Below are positions 43,131 to 52,799 of a stretch of DNA of 64,000 nucleotides, one piece after another. The notes beneath the pieces are model-generated. The model had not been told where the DNA came from. It ran no database searches and saw nothing but the letters and a program-made list of their open reading frames with translations. The position numbers and the translations under genes are program-made. This DNA comes from a bacterium. GTDB lineage: Bacteria > Zhuqueibacterota > Zhuqueibacteria > Residuimicrobiales > Krinioviventaceae. Numbering within the stretch: the stretch's first letter is position 1; each line of letters begins with the position of its first letter. Where the stretch lies: contig OY843751.1 of NCBI GenBank assembly GCA_963693055.1, positions 6,208,001 through 6,272,000 of the forward strand, in the 5' to 3' direction.

Positions 43131-43547
43131 ATGACAGAAGACGGAATTGTAACATCTATAAATAACAACCTGGTGACTGTGCAAATGGAAAAAGGTGACC
43201 AGTGTAAAGAATGTAATATTTGCGAAACCATTGGCGGCGGATTCAGATGCATTGAAGCATTGAACACCTTGAATGCCAAAGCCGGTGACCGTGTGCGGGT
43301 AGAAATTGAGCCCAAAACCATGTTGACATCGTCATTTCTGGTTTTTATTTTGCCACTGATATTTCTGGTTGTCGGTTATTTTATTGGATCATCACTGGGA
43401 GCTGAATCGGCATCTGAGGGATATGGGATTTTGGGTGGCTTGTTGTTTCTGGCCCTTTCATTTGTTGTGGTAAAATATTTAGATAAATATAAAAGCAAAA
43501 ATCAACAAACCTATGCAAAGGTAATTGAGCTGCTTTCAACTCATTAA
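43131..43547 (+). CDS. rseC: RseC/MucC family protein
   Basis: MTEDGIV, CKECNIC...C, AKAGDRVRVEI, two TM helices. Confidence 0.8.
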   Translation: MTEDGIVTSINNNLVTVQMEKGDQCKECNICETIGGGFRCIEALNTLNAKAGDRVRVEIEPKTMLTSSFLVFILPLIFLVVGYFIGSSLGAESASEGYGILGGLLFLALSFVVVKYLDKYKSKNQQTYAKVIELLSTH

Positions 43548-43578
43548 AACTGATTATTTTGATAACCCTGGTGGAATT

Positions 43579-46500
43579 ATGAGACGTGAGTTTTTACTTC
43601 TGGTAGTCCTTTTTGTTATTTCTTACATACATTCGTTGTGGGCAGCGGAATCTGATATTACGGTCCTTTCGCAAACAGAAAATCAATTTGTGTTCGAGTA
43701 TACACCTGCCAATTTTTCTTTGACAGATGTTACCGTGAATGGTAAAACACTCAAAAATATTGTATTTGAAAATGCGGTTCATCCTCAGGAATCGGGAGTT
43801 ATTGATACACCGGTCCGTTTGGTGTCTCTGGGTATTCCCATGAGAGGCGATGCGTATTTCCAGATACTGGATTCTGATATTACGACGCTCCCGGATATTG
43901 AACTGGCACCCGTACCGGAATACAAACCTGACGGAGATGGCGGTTATTATCTGGAGTATGGAAAAGTTAAAACCAATGGTGCAGGTACGCCCTCGACAGA
44001 GAATGCGTTTCAAGTGGTTCAAAATTTGGGAACCGAAATTTTTCGTAAACAGAATATTGTGACATTGGCTATTCAGCCTGTTGAATACAATAATGAACAG
44101 AAAACGCTAAAACAGTACACACGTCTCAAAATACAGGTCAATTTTTCAGGAACCCAAACCAGCACCGCATCTATACGACAAAACGCGGATGAAGAGCTTT
44201 ATTCCAGCATGCTGCTCAACTATGAACAGGCACAGAAATGGAGAAAGCCAGCATCTGCTCTAAGGAAAATCTCTTCAAATCCATTTACCGGCAGTAACTG
44301 GTACAAGATCACCATCAATGGAAACGGCACTACAGCCATACGCGATGCAAACGGTGATGAAGAGGGCATGTACAAAGTAACCGGTTCGGCATTGCAAAGC
44401 GCGGGAGTGCCTATTTCATCCATTGATCCGAAAAGCTTTCAGTTGTTCAATAATGGCGGCAAGGTAATCCCCAATTCATTATACAACCACAATCCGGATT
44501 CATTGATCGAGAATTCGATTCTGGTTGTGGGTGGAGATGACGGCAGCTTTGGCGCATCCGATTATATCCTCTTTTACGGCAGGTCTTTAAATGGAGTGGA
44601 ATATGATACGACTCAAGACCGGCTTGAGCATTATTTACATCCCTTTGCGGAAGATAATGTTTACTGGTTGACCTGGGGCAAACAGGATGGAAAACGCATG
44701 ATGGAAATGTCATCGCTTTCTGCTTCCGGGGCCGAATTACAGAATTCTTTTCGGGATCTGGCTTATTTTGAACGGGAAGAATATAATGTATATAATTCAG
44801 GAACCGTTTGGCTTGACCGGTCTTTGTCTGTTATGAATAGCTCCCGCAGTTATTCATTTGAATTGAAAAATGTAGTGAGTAATGAGGTCACCTATGTCAG
44901 GCCCCAATTGGGATTGGTCTCGGCAAGCGGCACGCATTATTTTAATGTTCAGGTCAATGGCAACAATCTGGGTGATATTTCCAAGTCACATATTTCAGAT
45001 TCTTATTACAATCTTTTTCAGGAGGAACGGAGTAATAACGGTGTATTGATAAACGGCAACAATACGGTTACAATAAATTATAACAATACCAAAGATACTG
45101 ATCTGGCCTATGTGGATTATATTGAAATGGAATACGCAAGACAATTTACAGCTGTGAATGATCAGTTGGTGTTTTGGGGACCCAAAGGCACCGGCAGCGC
45201 GGCTTATCCATTGAGTGGATTTTCCGGATCTGTCAAAGTATTCAAGGTTACTGATTTTTCCAATGTGGGGCAGATCATTCCACCATCACAATCTGCAAGC
45301 GTAACGGTTGCGGATATTATTAATGAAGAGTATCCTGAAAAATATATCGCCCTGACAGAGGCTGCGTACAAGACAGTTTCAGCAGATAAAATTGAATCTG
45401 CAACACTTGCCAATTTGCGTCAGTCACGGCAGGCCGATTATATCATCATCACCTATGATGATTTTGAACAGCAGGCCAAAGAACTGGAGAGCTTGCGAGA
45501 GAATTGGGACCCGCAAGACCGCCTTGAAACCGAAGTGGTGAAAATTTCCGATGTGTACCAGGAGTTTGGCTATGGTATTGAAGAACCGGGCGCCCTACGC
45601 GACTTTTTAATGTTCGCGCAGGAGAACTGGGGCAATCCTTATTATGTGCTGTTGTTTGGTGACGGGCATTTTGATTACAAGAATATTCTGGGCCTTGATG
45701 TACCCCAGTATATTTTACCTTATGAGACCGACGAGACAACCGAAAATTATACCCGGGCAACAGATGACTGGTTTGTTATTACAAATCCTGAATCTGAAAG
45801 ACCACAAATGGCCATTGGGCGAATCAACGCGCGAACCGTGGATGAAGCGCAGCGGGTTGTGGACAAGATAGAGACATATGAAACCAATCCGGAATTTGGT
45901 GACTGGCGTAATACTGTTACTTTTATAGCGGATGATGAAGTGCAACCTCAATATCCAAATCAACCACAGCACACCCGTGGTGCAGAATTAATGTCTCAAA
46001 TTGATCAGATAGAAAAATTTAATATTAAAAAGATTTATTTAATTGAATACCGAGCCGTCAGTTCGGCAAGTATTTCGGGATATACCAAGCCCGAAGCGCG
46101 TCAGGACCTGCTGGACCAGATCAACAGCGGATCATTGATCCTCAATTATGTGGGACACGGAAATGATCAGCGATGGGCACATGAAAAAGTGTTGTACAGT
46201 CCAACAGATTTTGATTTGATCCGTAATGGCAACAAGCAGGCATTGTGGATAGCAGCAACCTGTGAGTTTGGCCACTGGGACCAGGTCCAGGAACAATGTA
46301 TGTCTGAAGAATTGCTATATGCACCTGATCGGGGTGCTATTGGTGTTGTTGCCTCTTCACGTGTGGTATATGCCAGTAATAATGAAGCTTTTAATCTGCG
46401 TTTGTTAGCGCGATTATTTCAGGACTATGATGAAACCGGTCAAACCATGCGCATAGGAAAAGCGGTCCTATTGGCAAAACTTGACATTTTTAGTTCATCC

Positions 46501-47613
46501 AAGGCTAATAGTGAAAAATTTTTATATCTGGGAGATCCGGCTATGCGCTTGGGAGCTCCCCGTTACCGCGCACAGATTGATGATATAACACCGGACAGCA
46601 TTCAGGCACTGCAAAAAATGTCTATTACCGGTCACGCCAACCAGGATGGCAGCAAATGGAATGATTACCAGGGCAAGGTGATGGTGAAGGTTCTGGATTC
46701 ACCCACCTCCAAAGTGTATTATACCGAGACCACCAATGTGGCTATCTATTATAATACGCCGGGTAATACCTTGTTTCGCGGAACCGCAACTATCAATGAT
46801 GGTGATTTTAATGTGCAGTTTATTGTGCCCAAAGATATTTCTTATAATGGTACTGACGGACGCGTGCATTTTTATTATTGGAACAATGATAGTGAAGGAA
46901 TGGGCTATGCCGGCGGTCTGGTTGTAGGTGGTACCTCAACTGACCTGGTGGATCATGAAGGCCCCGAGTTAAAATTACACTTTGGCGATCCGGATTTTGC
47001 GCCGGGAGATTATGTCTCCAGCAATACCACCTTGAATGTTGAGATCAGCGATACCACCAGCGGTATCAATACTGCCGGTGATATCGGCCACCAGATCACC
47101 ATGGTGCTGGATGAAGATGAAGAAGCGGTCCGGGACATAACCGAGTACTTTGAATACAATGAGGGTAGTTATACATCGGGTACATTAAAATATCCTTTGC
47201 AGCAGTTGAGCGAAGGCAACCACAATATCAAAGTTAAAGCGTGGGATAACTCGAACAATTCCGGGGCGGTTGAAAGCGAGTTTGTGGTTGTTCAAAATGA
47301 GGATTTGTTGATCAGGGATATTGTCAACTACCCCAATCCCATGACGGATGATACCCAGTTTACCTTTCAGATCAGTCAGGATGCCATGGCCGAGATTAGG
47401 ATCTATACGGTTGCGGGCAGGCTGATCAAAAAATTCGAGCCCACGCCGGTGAGCATTGGATTCAACATCTTTCCTGAAAAATGGGACGGCTATGACCAGG
47501 ACGGTGATGCGGTTGCCAATGGTGTGTATCTCTACAAAATCAAAGCCGAATCCGATTATGACGGGGAAAGCAAAACCGTAGAAGAGATCGGCAAGTTGAT
47601 TATAGCACGTTAA
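43579..47613 (+). CDS. porU: PorU-like type IX secretion sortase (peptidase C25), copy 1
   Basis: NWYKI...GMYKVT, YVLLFGDG, ATDDWF, AIGRIN, TFIADD, LNYVGHG (His), ATCEFG (Cys), LGDPAMRL, VKAWDNSNN, NYPNPM C-terminal domain. Confidence 0.85.
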   Translation: MRREFLLLVVLFVISYIHSLWAAESDITVLSQTENQFVFEYTPANFSLTDVTVNGKTLKNIVFENAVHPQESGVIDTPVRLVSLGIPMRGDAYFQILDSDITTLPDIELAPVPEYKPDGDGGYYLEYGKVKTNGAGTPSTENAFQVVQNLGTEIFRKQNIVTLAIQPVEYNNEQKTLKQYTRLKIQVNFSGTQTSTASIRQNADEELYSSMLLNYEQAQKWRKPASALRKISSNPFTGSNWYKITINGNGTTAIRDANGDEEGMYKVTGSALQSAGVPISSIDPKSFQLFNNGGKVIPNSLYNHNPDSLIENSILVVGGDDGSFGASDYILFYGRSLNGVEYDTTQDRLEHYLHPFAEDNVYWLTWGKQDGKRMMEMSSLSASGAELQNSFRDLAYFEREEYNVYNSGTVWLDRSLSVMNSSRSYSFELKNVVSNEVTYVRPQLGLVSASGTHYFNVQVNGNNLGDISKSHISDSYYNLFQEERSNNGVLINGNNTVTINYNNTKDTDLAYVDYIEMEYARQFTAVNDQLVFWGPKGTGSAAYPLSGFSGSVKVFKVTDFSNVGQIIPPSQSASVTVADIINEEYPEKYIALTEAAYKTVSADKIESATLANLRQSRQADYIIITYDDFEQQAKELESLRENWDPQDRLETEVVKISDVYQEFGYGIEEPGALRDFLMFAQENWGNPYYVLLFGDGHFDYKNILGLDVPQYILPYETDETTENYTRATDDWFVITNPESERPQMAIGRINARTVDEAQRVVDKIETYETNPEFGDWRNTVTFIADDEVQPQYPNQPQHTRGAELMSQIDQIEKFNIKKIYLIEYRAVSSASISGYTKPEARQDLLDQINSGSLILNYVGHGNDQRWAHEKVLYSPTDFDLIRNGNKQALWIAATCEFGHWDQVQEQCMSEELLYAPDRGAIGVVASSRVVYASNNEAFNLRLLARLFQDYDETGQTMRIGKAVLLAKLDIFSSSKANSEKFLYLGDPAMRLGAPRYRAQIDDITPDSIQALQKMSITGHANQDGSKWNDYQGKVMVKVLDSPTSKVYYTETTNVAIYYNTPGNTLFRGTATINDGDFNVQFIVPKDISYNGTDGRVHFYYWNNDSEGMGYAGGLVVGGTSTDLVDHEGPELKLHFGDPDFAPGDYVSSNTTLNVEISDTTSGINTAGDIGHQITMVLDEDEEAVRDITEYFEYNEGSYTSGTLKYPLQQLSEGNHNIKVKAWDNSNNSGAVESEFVVVQNEDLLIRDIVNYPNPMTDDTQFTFQISQDAMAEIRIYTVAGRLIKKFEPTPVSIGFNIFPEKWDGYDQDGDAVANGVYLYKIKAESDYDGESKTVEEIGKLIIAR

Positions 47614-47624
47614 ATTATTTCAAC

Positions 47625-47671
47625 CCCGGTTCTGGAGTGAGCGCCGCAGGCGGACGTATCGAAGAGCCGGG
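47625..47671. repeat. Palindromic intergenic repeat, related to 11122-11171
   Basis: CCCGGTTCTGGAGT...GCGCCGCAGGCG...GTATCGAAGAGCCGGG. Confidence 0.5.
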
Positions 47672-47864
47672 ATTTAAAATATGACTGCGATGCAGGTTTC
47701 TGCATTGTGGAATATGCTGTGGGATATTCGTATCAAAAGCTCTACAAGTTAAGGGCAAAGAATATAGTCTTTTTTTATAATATTTAGATTTATATTAAAA
47801 ATTCAAGTTGTTGAGTTGCTTTCAATTCATTAGAACTGATTACATTGATACCTCTGGGGGAACT

Positions 47865-50800
47865 ATGAGACGAGCGTTTTTACTCCTGGTAGTCCTTTTT
47901 GTTTTTTCTTGTATACATTTGTTATGGGCAGCGGAATCTGACATAATGGTCCTTTCACAAACGGACAATCAATTTGTATTCGAGTATACACCTGCCAATT
48001 TTTCTTTGACAGATGTTACTGTGAATGGCAAAACGCTCAAGAATATTGTATTTGAAAATGCAATACATCCTCAGGAACCGGGAGCCATTGATACTCCGGT
48101 CCGCATGTTGTCGCTGGGTATGCCCATGCAGGGCGATGCTTATTTTCAGGTATTGGATTCTGATGTGACCATTTTGCAGGATGTTGAACTGGCACCTGTA
48201 CCCGTATGTAAACCGGACGGAGATGGCGGCTATTACCTTGAATATAAAGATGTTAAAACTTTAACTACGCCATCGGCAGAGAATGCTTTTCAAGTAGTTA
48301 AAAACCTCGGCACCGAGCTTTTTCGTAAACAGAATGTTGTGACATTGGCGATTCAGCCGGTTGAATACAATTCTGAACGGAACACGCTAAAACAATACAC
48401 ACGTCTCAAAATACAGGTTACTTTTTCAGGAGAGCCCACGAGTACTGTATTTGTACGCCAGAATGCGGATGAAGAACTTTATGCAAGCATGCTGCTCAAC
48501 TATGATCAGGCACAGAAATGGAGAAAGCCAGCATCTGCTCTAAGGAAAATCTCTTCAAATCCATTTACCGGCAGTAACTGGTACAAGATCACCATCAATG
48601 GAAACGGCACTACAGCCATACACGATGCAAACGGTGATGAAGAGGGCATGTACAAAGTAACCGGTTCGGCATTGCAAAGCGCGGGAGTGCCTATTTCATC
48701 CATTGATCCGAAAAGCTTTCAGTTGTTCAATAATGGCGGCAAGGTAATCCCCAATTCATTATACAACCACAATCCGGATTCATTGATCGAAAATTCGATT
48801 CTGGTTGTGGGTGGAGATGACGGCAGCTTTGGCGCATCCGATTATATCCTCTTTTACGGCAGGTCTTTAAATAGAGTGGAATATGATACGACTCAAGACC
48901 GGCTTGAGCATTATTTACATCCCTTTGCGGAAGATAATGTTTACTGGTTGACCTGGGGCAAACAGGATGGAAAACGCATGATGGAAATGTCATCGCTTTC
49001 TGCTTCCGGGGCCGAATTACAGAATTCTTTTCGGGATCTGGCTTATTTTGAACGGGAAGAATATAATGTATATAATTCAGGAACCGTTTGGCTTGACCGG
49101 TCTTTGTCTGTTATGAATAGCTCCCGCAGTTATTCATTTGAATTGAAAAATGTAGTGAGTAATGAGGTCACCTATGTCAGGCCCCAATTGGGATTGGTCT
49201 CGGCAAGCGGCACGCATTATTTTAATGTTCAGGTCAATGGCAACAATCTGGGTGATATTTCCAAGTCACATATTTCAGATTCTTATTACAATCTTTTTCA
49301 GGAGGAACGGAGTAATAACGGTGTATTGATAAACGGCAACAATACGGTTACAATAAATTATAACAATACCAAAGATACTGATCTTGCCTATGTGGATTAT
49401 GTGGAAATGGAATACGCAAGACAATTTACAGCTGTGAATGATCAGCTTGTGTTTTGGGGGCCGATGGGAACAGGTACAGCGGGCTATCCATTAAGTGGAT
49501 TTTCCGGTCCTGTCAACGTATTCAAAGTAACTGACTTTGCCAATGTTGAGCAAATTGTACCTTTAGCACAATCGAGTTTAACCTTTGTCGATGAGACCAA
49601 TTCGCAATACCCGGAAAAGTATATCGCCCTGACAGAATCTGCGTACAAGACGGTTTCGGCAGATAATATTGAATCGGTAACCCTTGCCAATTTGCGGCAA
49701 TCCCGACAAGCCGATTACATCATCATCACCTATGACGATTTTGAACAGCAGGCCAAAGAATTGGAGAGCTTGCGAGAGAACTGGGACCCGCAAGATCGGC
49801 TTGAAACTGAGGTTGTGAAAATTTCTGACGTGTATCAGGAGTTTGGATATGGCATTGAAGAGCCGGGAGCCATCCGTGACTTTTTAATGTTTGCACAGGA
49901 GAATTGGGGCAATCCCTATTATGTCCTGCTTTTTGGAGACGGACATTTTGATTACAAGAATATTATGGGACTGGATGTTCCCCAGTATATTTTACCTTAC
50001 GAGACGGATGAAACCGTAGAGGATGATACGAGAGCCACGGATGACTGGTTTGTTATTACAAATCCTGAATCTGACAGACCGCAAATGGCCATTGGGCGAA
50101 TTAACGCGCGTACTGTAGATGAGGCGCAGCGGGTTGTTGATAAAATAGAGGCTTATGAAACCAATCCTGAATTTGGTGACTGGCGCAATACCGTTACTTT
50201 TATAGCGGATGATGAAGTTGTAACGAACAAACCTGACGAACCACGACATACCCGTGGTGCGGAATTAATGTCTCAAATTGATCAGATTGAAAAATTTAAT
50301 ATAAAAAAGATCTATTTAATTGAATACCGTGCGGTTAGTTCAGCAAGTATATCGGGATATACCAAGCCCGAAGCGCGTCAGGACCTGTTGGATCAGATCA
50401 ACAGCGGATCATTGATCCTCAATTATGTTGGACATGGAAATGATCAGCGATGGGCGCATGAAAAAGTTTTATATGGCCCCACAGATTTTGATTTGATACG
50501 AAACGGTAATAAACAGGCATTGTGGATAGCAGCGACCTGTGAATTTGGCCGCTGGGACCAGGTCCAGGAGCAATGTATGTCTGAAGATGTGTTGTATGTA
50601 CCTGACCGCGGCGCTATTGGTGTTGTTGCATCCTCACGTGTGGTATATGCCAATAATAATGAAGCTTTTAATCTACGATTGTTGGCACGTCTATTTGAAG
50701 ATTATGACAATACCGGCAAAACCATGCGCATAGGTAAAGCTGTCCATTTGGCAAAGCTCGACATTTTCAATTTATCCCGGATCAATTGTGAAAAATTTTT

Positions 50801-51890
50801 ATATCTGGGAGACCCGGCTATGCGTTTGGGTGCCCCCCGGTATCGCGCGCAGATTGATGATATAACACCGGACAGTATTCAGGCACTGCAAAAAATGTCT
50901 ATTACCGGTCACGCAAATCAGGACGGCACTAAATGGAATGATTACCAGGGCAAGGTGATGGTAAAGGTGTTGGATTCGCCCACCTCCAAAGTTTATTATA
51001 TCCAGAGCACCAATGATGCAATAAATTATAAAACTCCAGGTAACACCCTGTTTAGGGGGACGGCAACTATCAATGATGGTGATTTTAATGTGCAGTTTAT
51101 TGTGCCCAAGGATATTTCGTATGATGGTACAGACGGACGCGTGCATTTCTATTACTGGAACGATGACAATGAGGGGATGGGTTATACCGGCGGTCTGGTT
51201 GTCGGCGGTACCTCAATCGACCTAGTGGACCACGAGGGACCCGAGTTGAAACTGCATTTTGGCGATCCGGATTTTGCGCCGGGAGATTATGTCTCCAGCA
51301 ATACCACATTGAATGTAGAGATCAGTGACACCACCAGCGGTATTAATACTGCTGGTGACATTGGACACCAGATTACCATGATACTGGATGAGGATGAAGA
51401 AGCAGTCCGGGACATAACCGAGTATTTTGAATATAACGAAGGCAGTTACACCTCTGGCACTTTAAAATACCCATTGCAGCAGTTGAGCGAGGGCAGCCAC
51501 AGCATCAAGGTAAAAGCGTGGGACAACTCGAACAATTCCGGGGCGGTTGAAAGCGAGTTTGTGGTTGTTCAAAATGAGGAATTGTTGATCAGGGATGTCG
51601 TCAATTATCCCAATCCCATGACTGACGATACCCAGTTTACCTTTCAGATCAGTCAGGATGCCATGGCCGAGATTAGGATCTATACGGTTGCGGGCAGGCT
51701 GATCAAAAAATTCGAGCCCACGCCGGTGAGCATTGGATTCAACATCTTTCCTGAAAAATGGGACGGCTATGACCAGGACGGTGATGCGGTTGCCAATGGT
51801 GTGTATCTCTACAAAATCAAAGCCGAATCCGATTATGACGGGGAAAGCAAAACGGTTGAAGAAATCGGCAAGCTGATTATAGCACGTTAA
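47865..51890 (+). CDS. porU: PorU-like type IX secretion sortase (peptidase C25), copy 2
   Basis: Full-length paralogue of copy 1 with the same His/Cys motifs. Confidence 0.85.
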   Translation: MRRAFLLLVVLFVFSCIHLLWAAESDIMVLSQTDNQFVFEYTPANFSLTDVTVNGKTLKNIVFENAIHPQEPGAIDTPVRMLSLGMPMQGDAYFQVLDSDVTILQDVELAPVPVCKPDGDGGYYLEYKDVKTLTTPSAENAFQVVKNLGTELFRKQNVVTLAIQPVEYNSERNTLKQYTRLKIQVTFSGEPTSTVFVRQNADEELYASMLLNYDQAQKWRKPASALRKISSNPFTGSNWYKITINGNGTTAIHDANGDEEGMYKVTGSALQSAGVPISSIDPKSFQLFNNGGKVIPNSLYNHNPDSLIENSILVVGGDDGSFGASDYILFYGRSLNRVEYDTTQDRLEHYLHPFAEDNVYWLTWGKQDGKRMMEMSSLSASGAELQNSFRDLAYFEREEYNVYNSGTVWLDRSLSVMNSSRSYSFELKNVVSNEVTYVRPQLGLVSASGTHYFNVQVNGNNLGDISKSHISDSYYNLFQEERSNNGVLINGNNTVTINYNNTKDTDLAYVDYVEMEYARQFTAVNDQLVFWGPMGTGTAGYPLSGFSGPVNVFKVTDFANVEQIVPLAQSSLTFVDETNSQYPEKYIALTESAYKTVSADNIESVTLANLRQSRQADYIIITYDDFEQQAKELESLRENWDPQDRLETEVVKISDVYQEFGYGIEEPGAIRDFLMFAQENWGNPYYVLLFGDGHFDYKNIMGLDVPQYILPYETDETVEDDTRATDDWFVITNPESDRPQMAIGRINARTVDEAQRVVDKIEAYETNPEFGDWRNTVTFIADDEVVTNKPDEPRHTRGAELMSQIDQIEKFNIKKIYLIEYRAVSSASISGYTKPEARQDLLDQINSGSLILNYVGHGNDQRWAHEKVLYGPTDFDLIRNGNKQALWIAATCEFGRWDQVQEQCMSEDVLYVPDRGAIGVVASSRVVYANNNEAFNLRLLARLFEDYDNTGKTMRIGKAVHLAKLDIFNLSRINCEKFLYLGDPAMRLGAPRYRAQIDDITPDSIQALQKMSITGHANQDGTKWNDYQGKVMVKVLDSPTSKVYYIQSTNDAINYKTPGNTLFRGTATINDGDFNVQFIVPKDISYDGTDGRVHFYYWNDDNEGMGYTGGLVVGGTSIDLVDHEGPELKLHFGDPDFAPGDYVSSNTTLNVEISDTTSGINTAGDIGHQITMILDEDEEAVRDITEYFEYNEGSYTSGTLKYPLQQLSEGSHSIKVKAWDNSNNSGAVESEFVVVQNEELLIRDVVNYPNPMTDDTQFTFQISQDAMAEIRIYTVAGRLIKKFEPTPVSIGFNIFPEKWDGYDQDGDAVANGVYLYKIKAESDYDGESKTVEEIGKLIIAR

Positions 51891-51926
51891 AGTAATAGAT
51901 TAAAATTATATCTGTTTATTTATATA

Positions 51927-52000
51927 GAGTAGAGACCGGTCTCTACTCGTTCCCAAACTCCTGTTTGGGAACGCTATGACTGGATAAACGGAGTTTATCC
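51927..52000. repeat. Cluster of three adjacent palindromes (REP-like)
   Basis: GAGTAGAGACCGGTCTCTACTC; CGTTCCCAAAC-TCCT-GTTTGGGAACG; GGATAAAC-GGA-GTTTATCC. Confidence 0.6.
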
Positions 52001-52187
52001 GATATGTTAAATTATGTTTTTTGATACTTGATACAGTCACCTGGCGGTGGACAATCCCATTGAAATGGAATCTACAGGTAGAACGAAATAAATCCTACCT
52101 CTGATGGCGATGCAGATTTATACTTGACGGGATATCGTATGGGGACAATCGTCTCGTAATATATTGTTGTCAAAGCGTTTTAAACAC

Positions 52188-52218
52188 AAAAAGCCGGTGA
52201 GATTATCACCGGCTTTTT
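52188..52218 (-). terminator. Bidirectional rho-independent terminator after lspA
   Basis: AAAAAGCCGGTGA-GATTA-TCACCGGCTTTTT. Confidence 0.75.
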
Positions 52219-52767
52219 TTATGCTTCCTGTTGTTCTACGATTTCAGGCGTTTCTTCATGTTCTTTATCAAAAGCAATAAAGATGAGCAGCATGACCATT
52301 CCCACCGAGACGGCAATGTCAGCCACGTTGAATACTGGCCAGCGGGTCATGCTGTAACCGGGAAAGTGGATGAACAAAAAATCGAATTTGGGTATCAGAA
52401 TATCAAAAAATTCAAAATCCAGAAAATCCACTACACTGTGACGGGTGATACGATCAAACAGGTTGCCCAATGCACCGCCAAAGATGATGGCCATAGACAG
52501 CCGGGCGATCAGGTGCTCGCCTTTCATGATAAAGAAATATACCAGAATTGCAACGCTGGCCACGGATGCCAGTCCGGTCAATACCATATTGTTGCCCAGG
52601 CTAATGCCAAAGGCCATGCCAGTGTTTTCTACATACGTAATTTTAAAAAAATCACCCCATACCGGTATGGACTGGTGAAGGTCCATGCCGGTCTTGATGA
52701 TATATTTAGTGATCTGATCTACAATAAAAAGCGCTATGGAAATCCATAATATTTTTAATGCTTTCAT
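52219..52767 (-). CDS. lspA: Lipoprotein signal peptidase II
   Basis: DQITK, NTGMAFG, GGALGNLFDR, VVDFL, WPVFNVAD. Confidence 0.96.
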   Translation of the reverse strand: MKALKILWISIALFIVDQITKYIIKTGMDLHQSIPVWGDFFKITYVENTGMAFGISLGNNMVLTGLASVASVAILVYFFIMKGEHLIARLSMAIIFGGALGNLFDRITRHSVVDFLDFEFFDILIPKFDFLFIHFPGYSMTRWPVFNVADIAVSVGMVMLLIFIAFDKEHEETPEIVEQQEA

Positions 52768-52799
52768 AAACCTCTCGTGTTTTCAGCGGGCAGGGCCTG

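Noticed and set aside
43525-51890. Diversity-generating retroelement as the cause of the porU near-repeats
   Set aside because: No reverse transcriptase is present, both copies are full genes, and the differences are not restricted to adenines.
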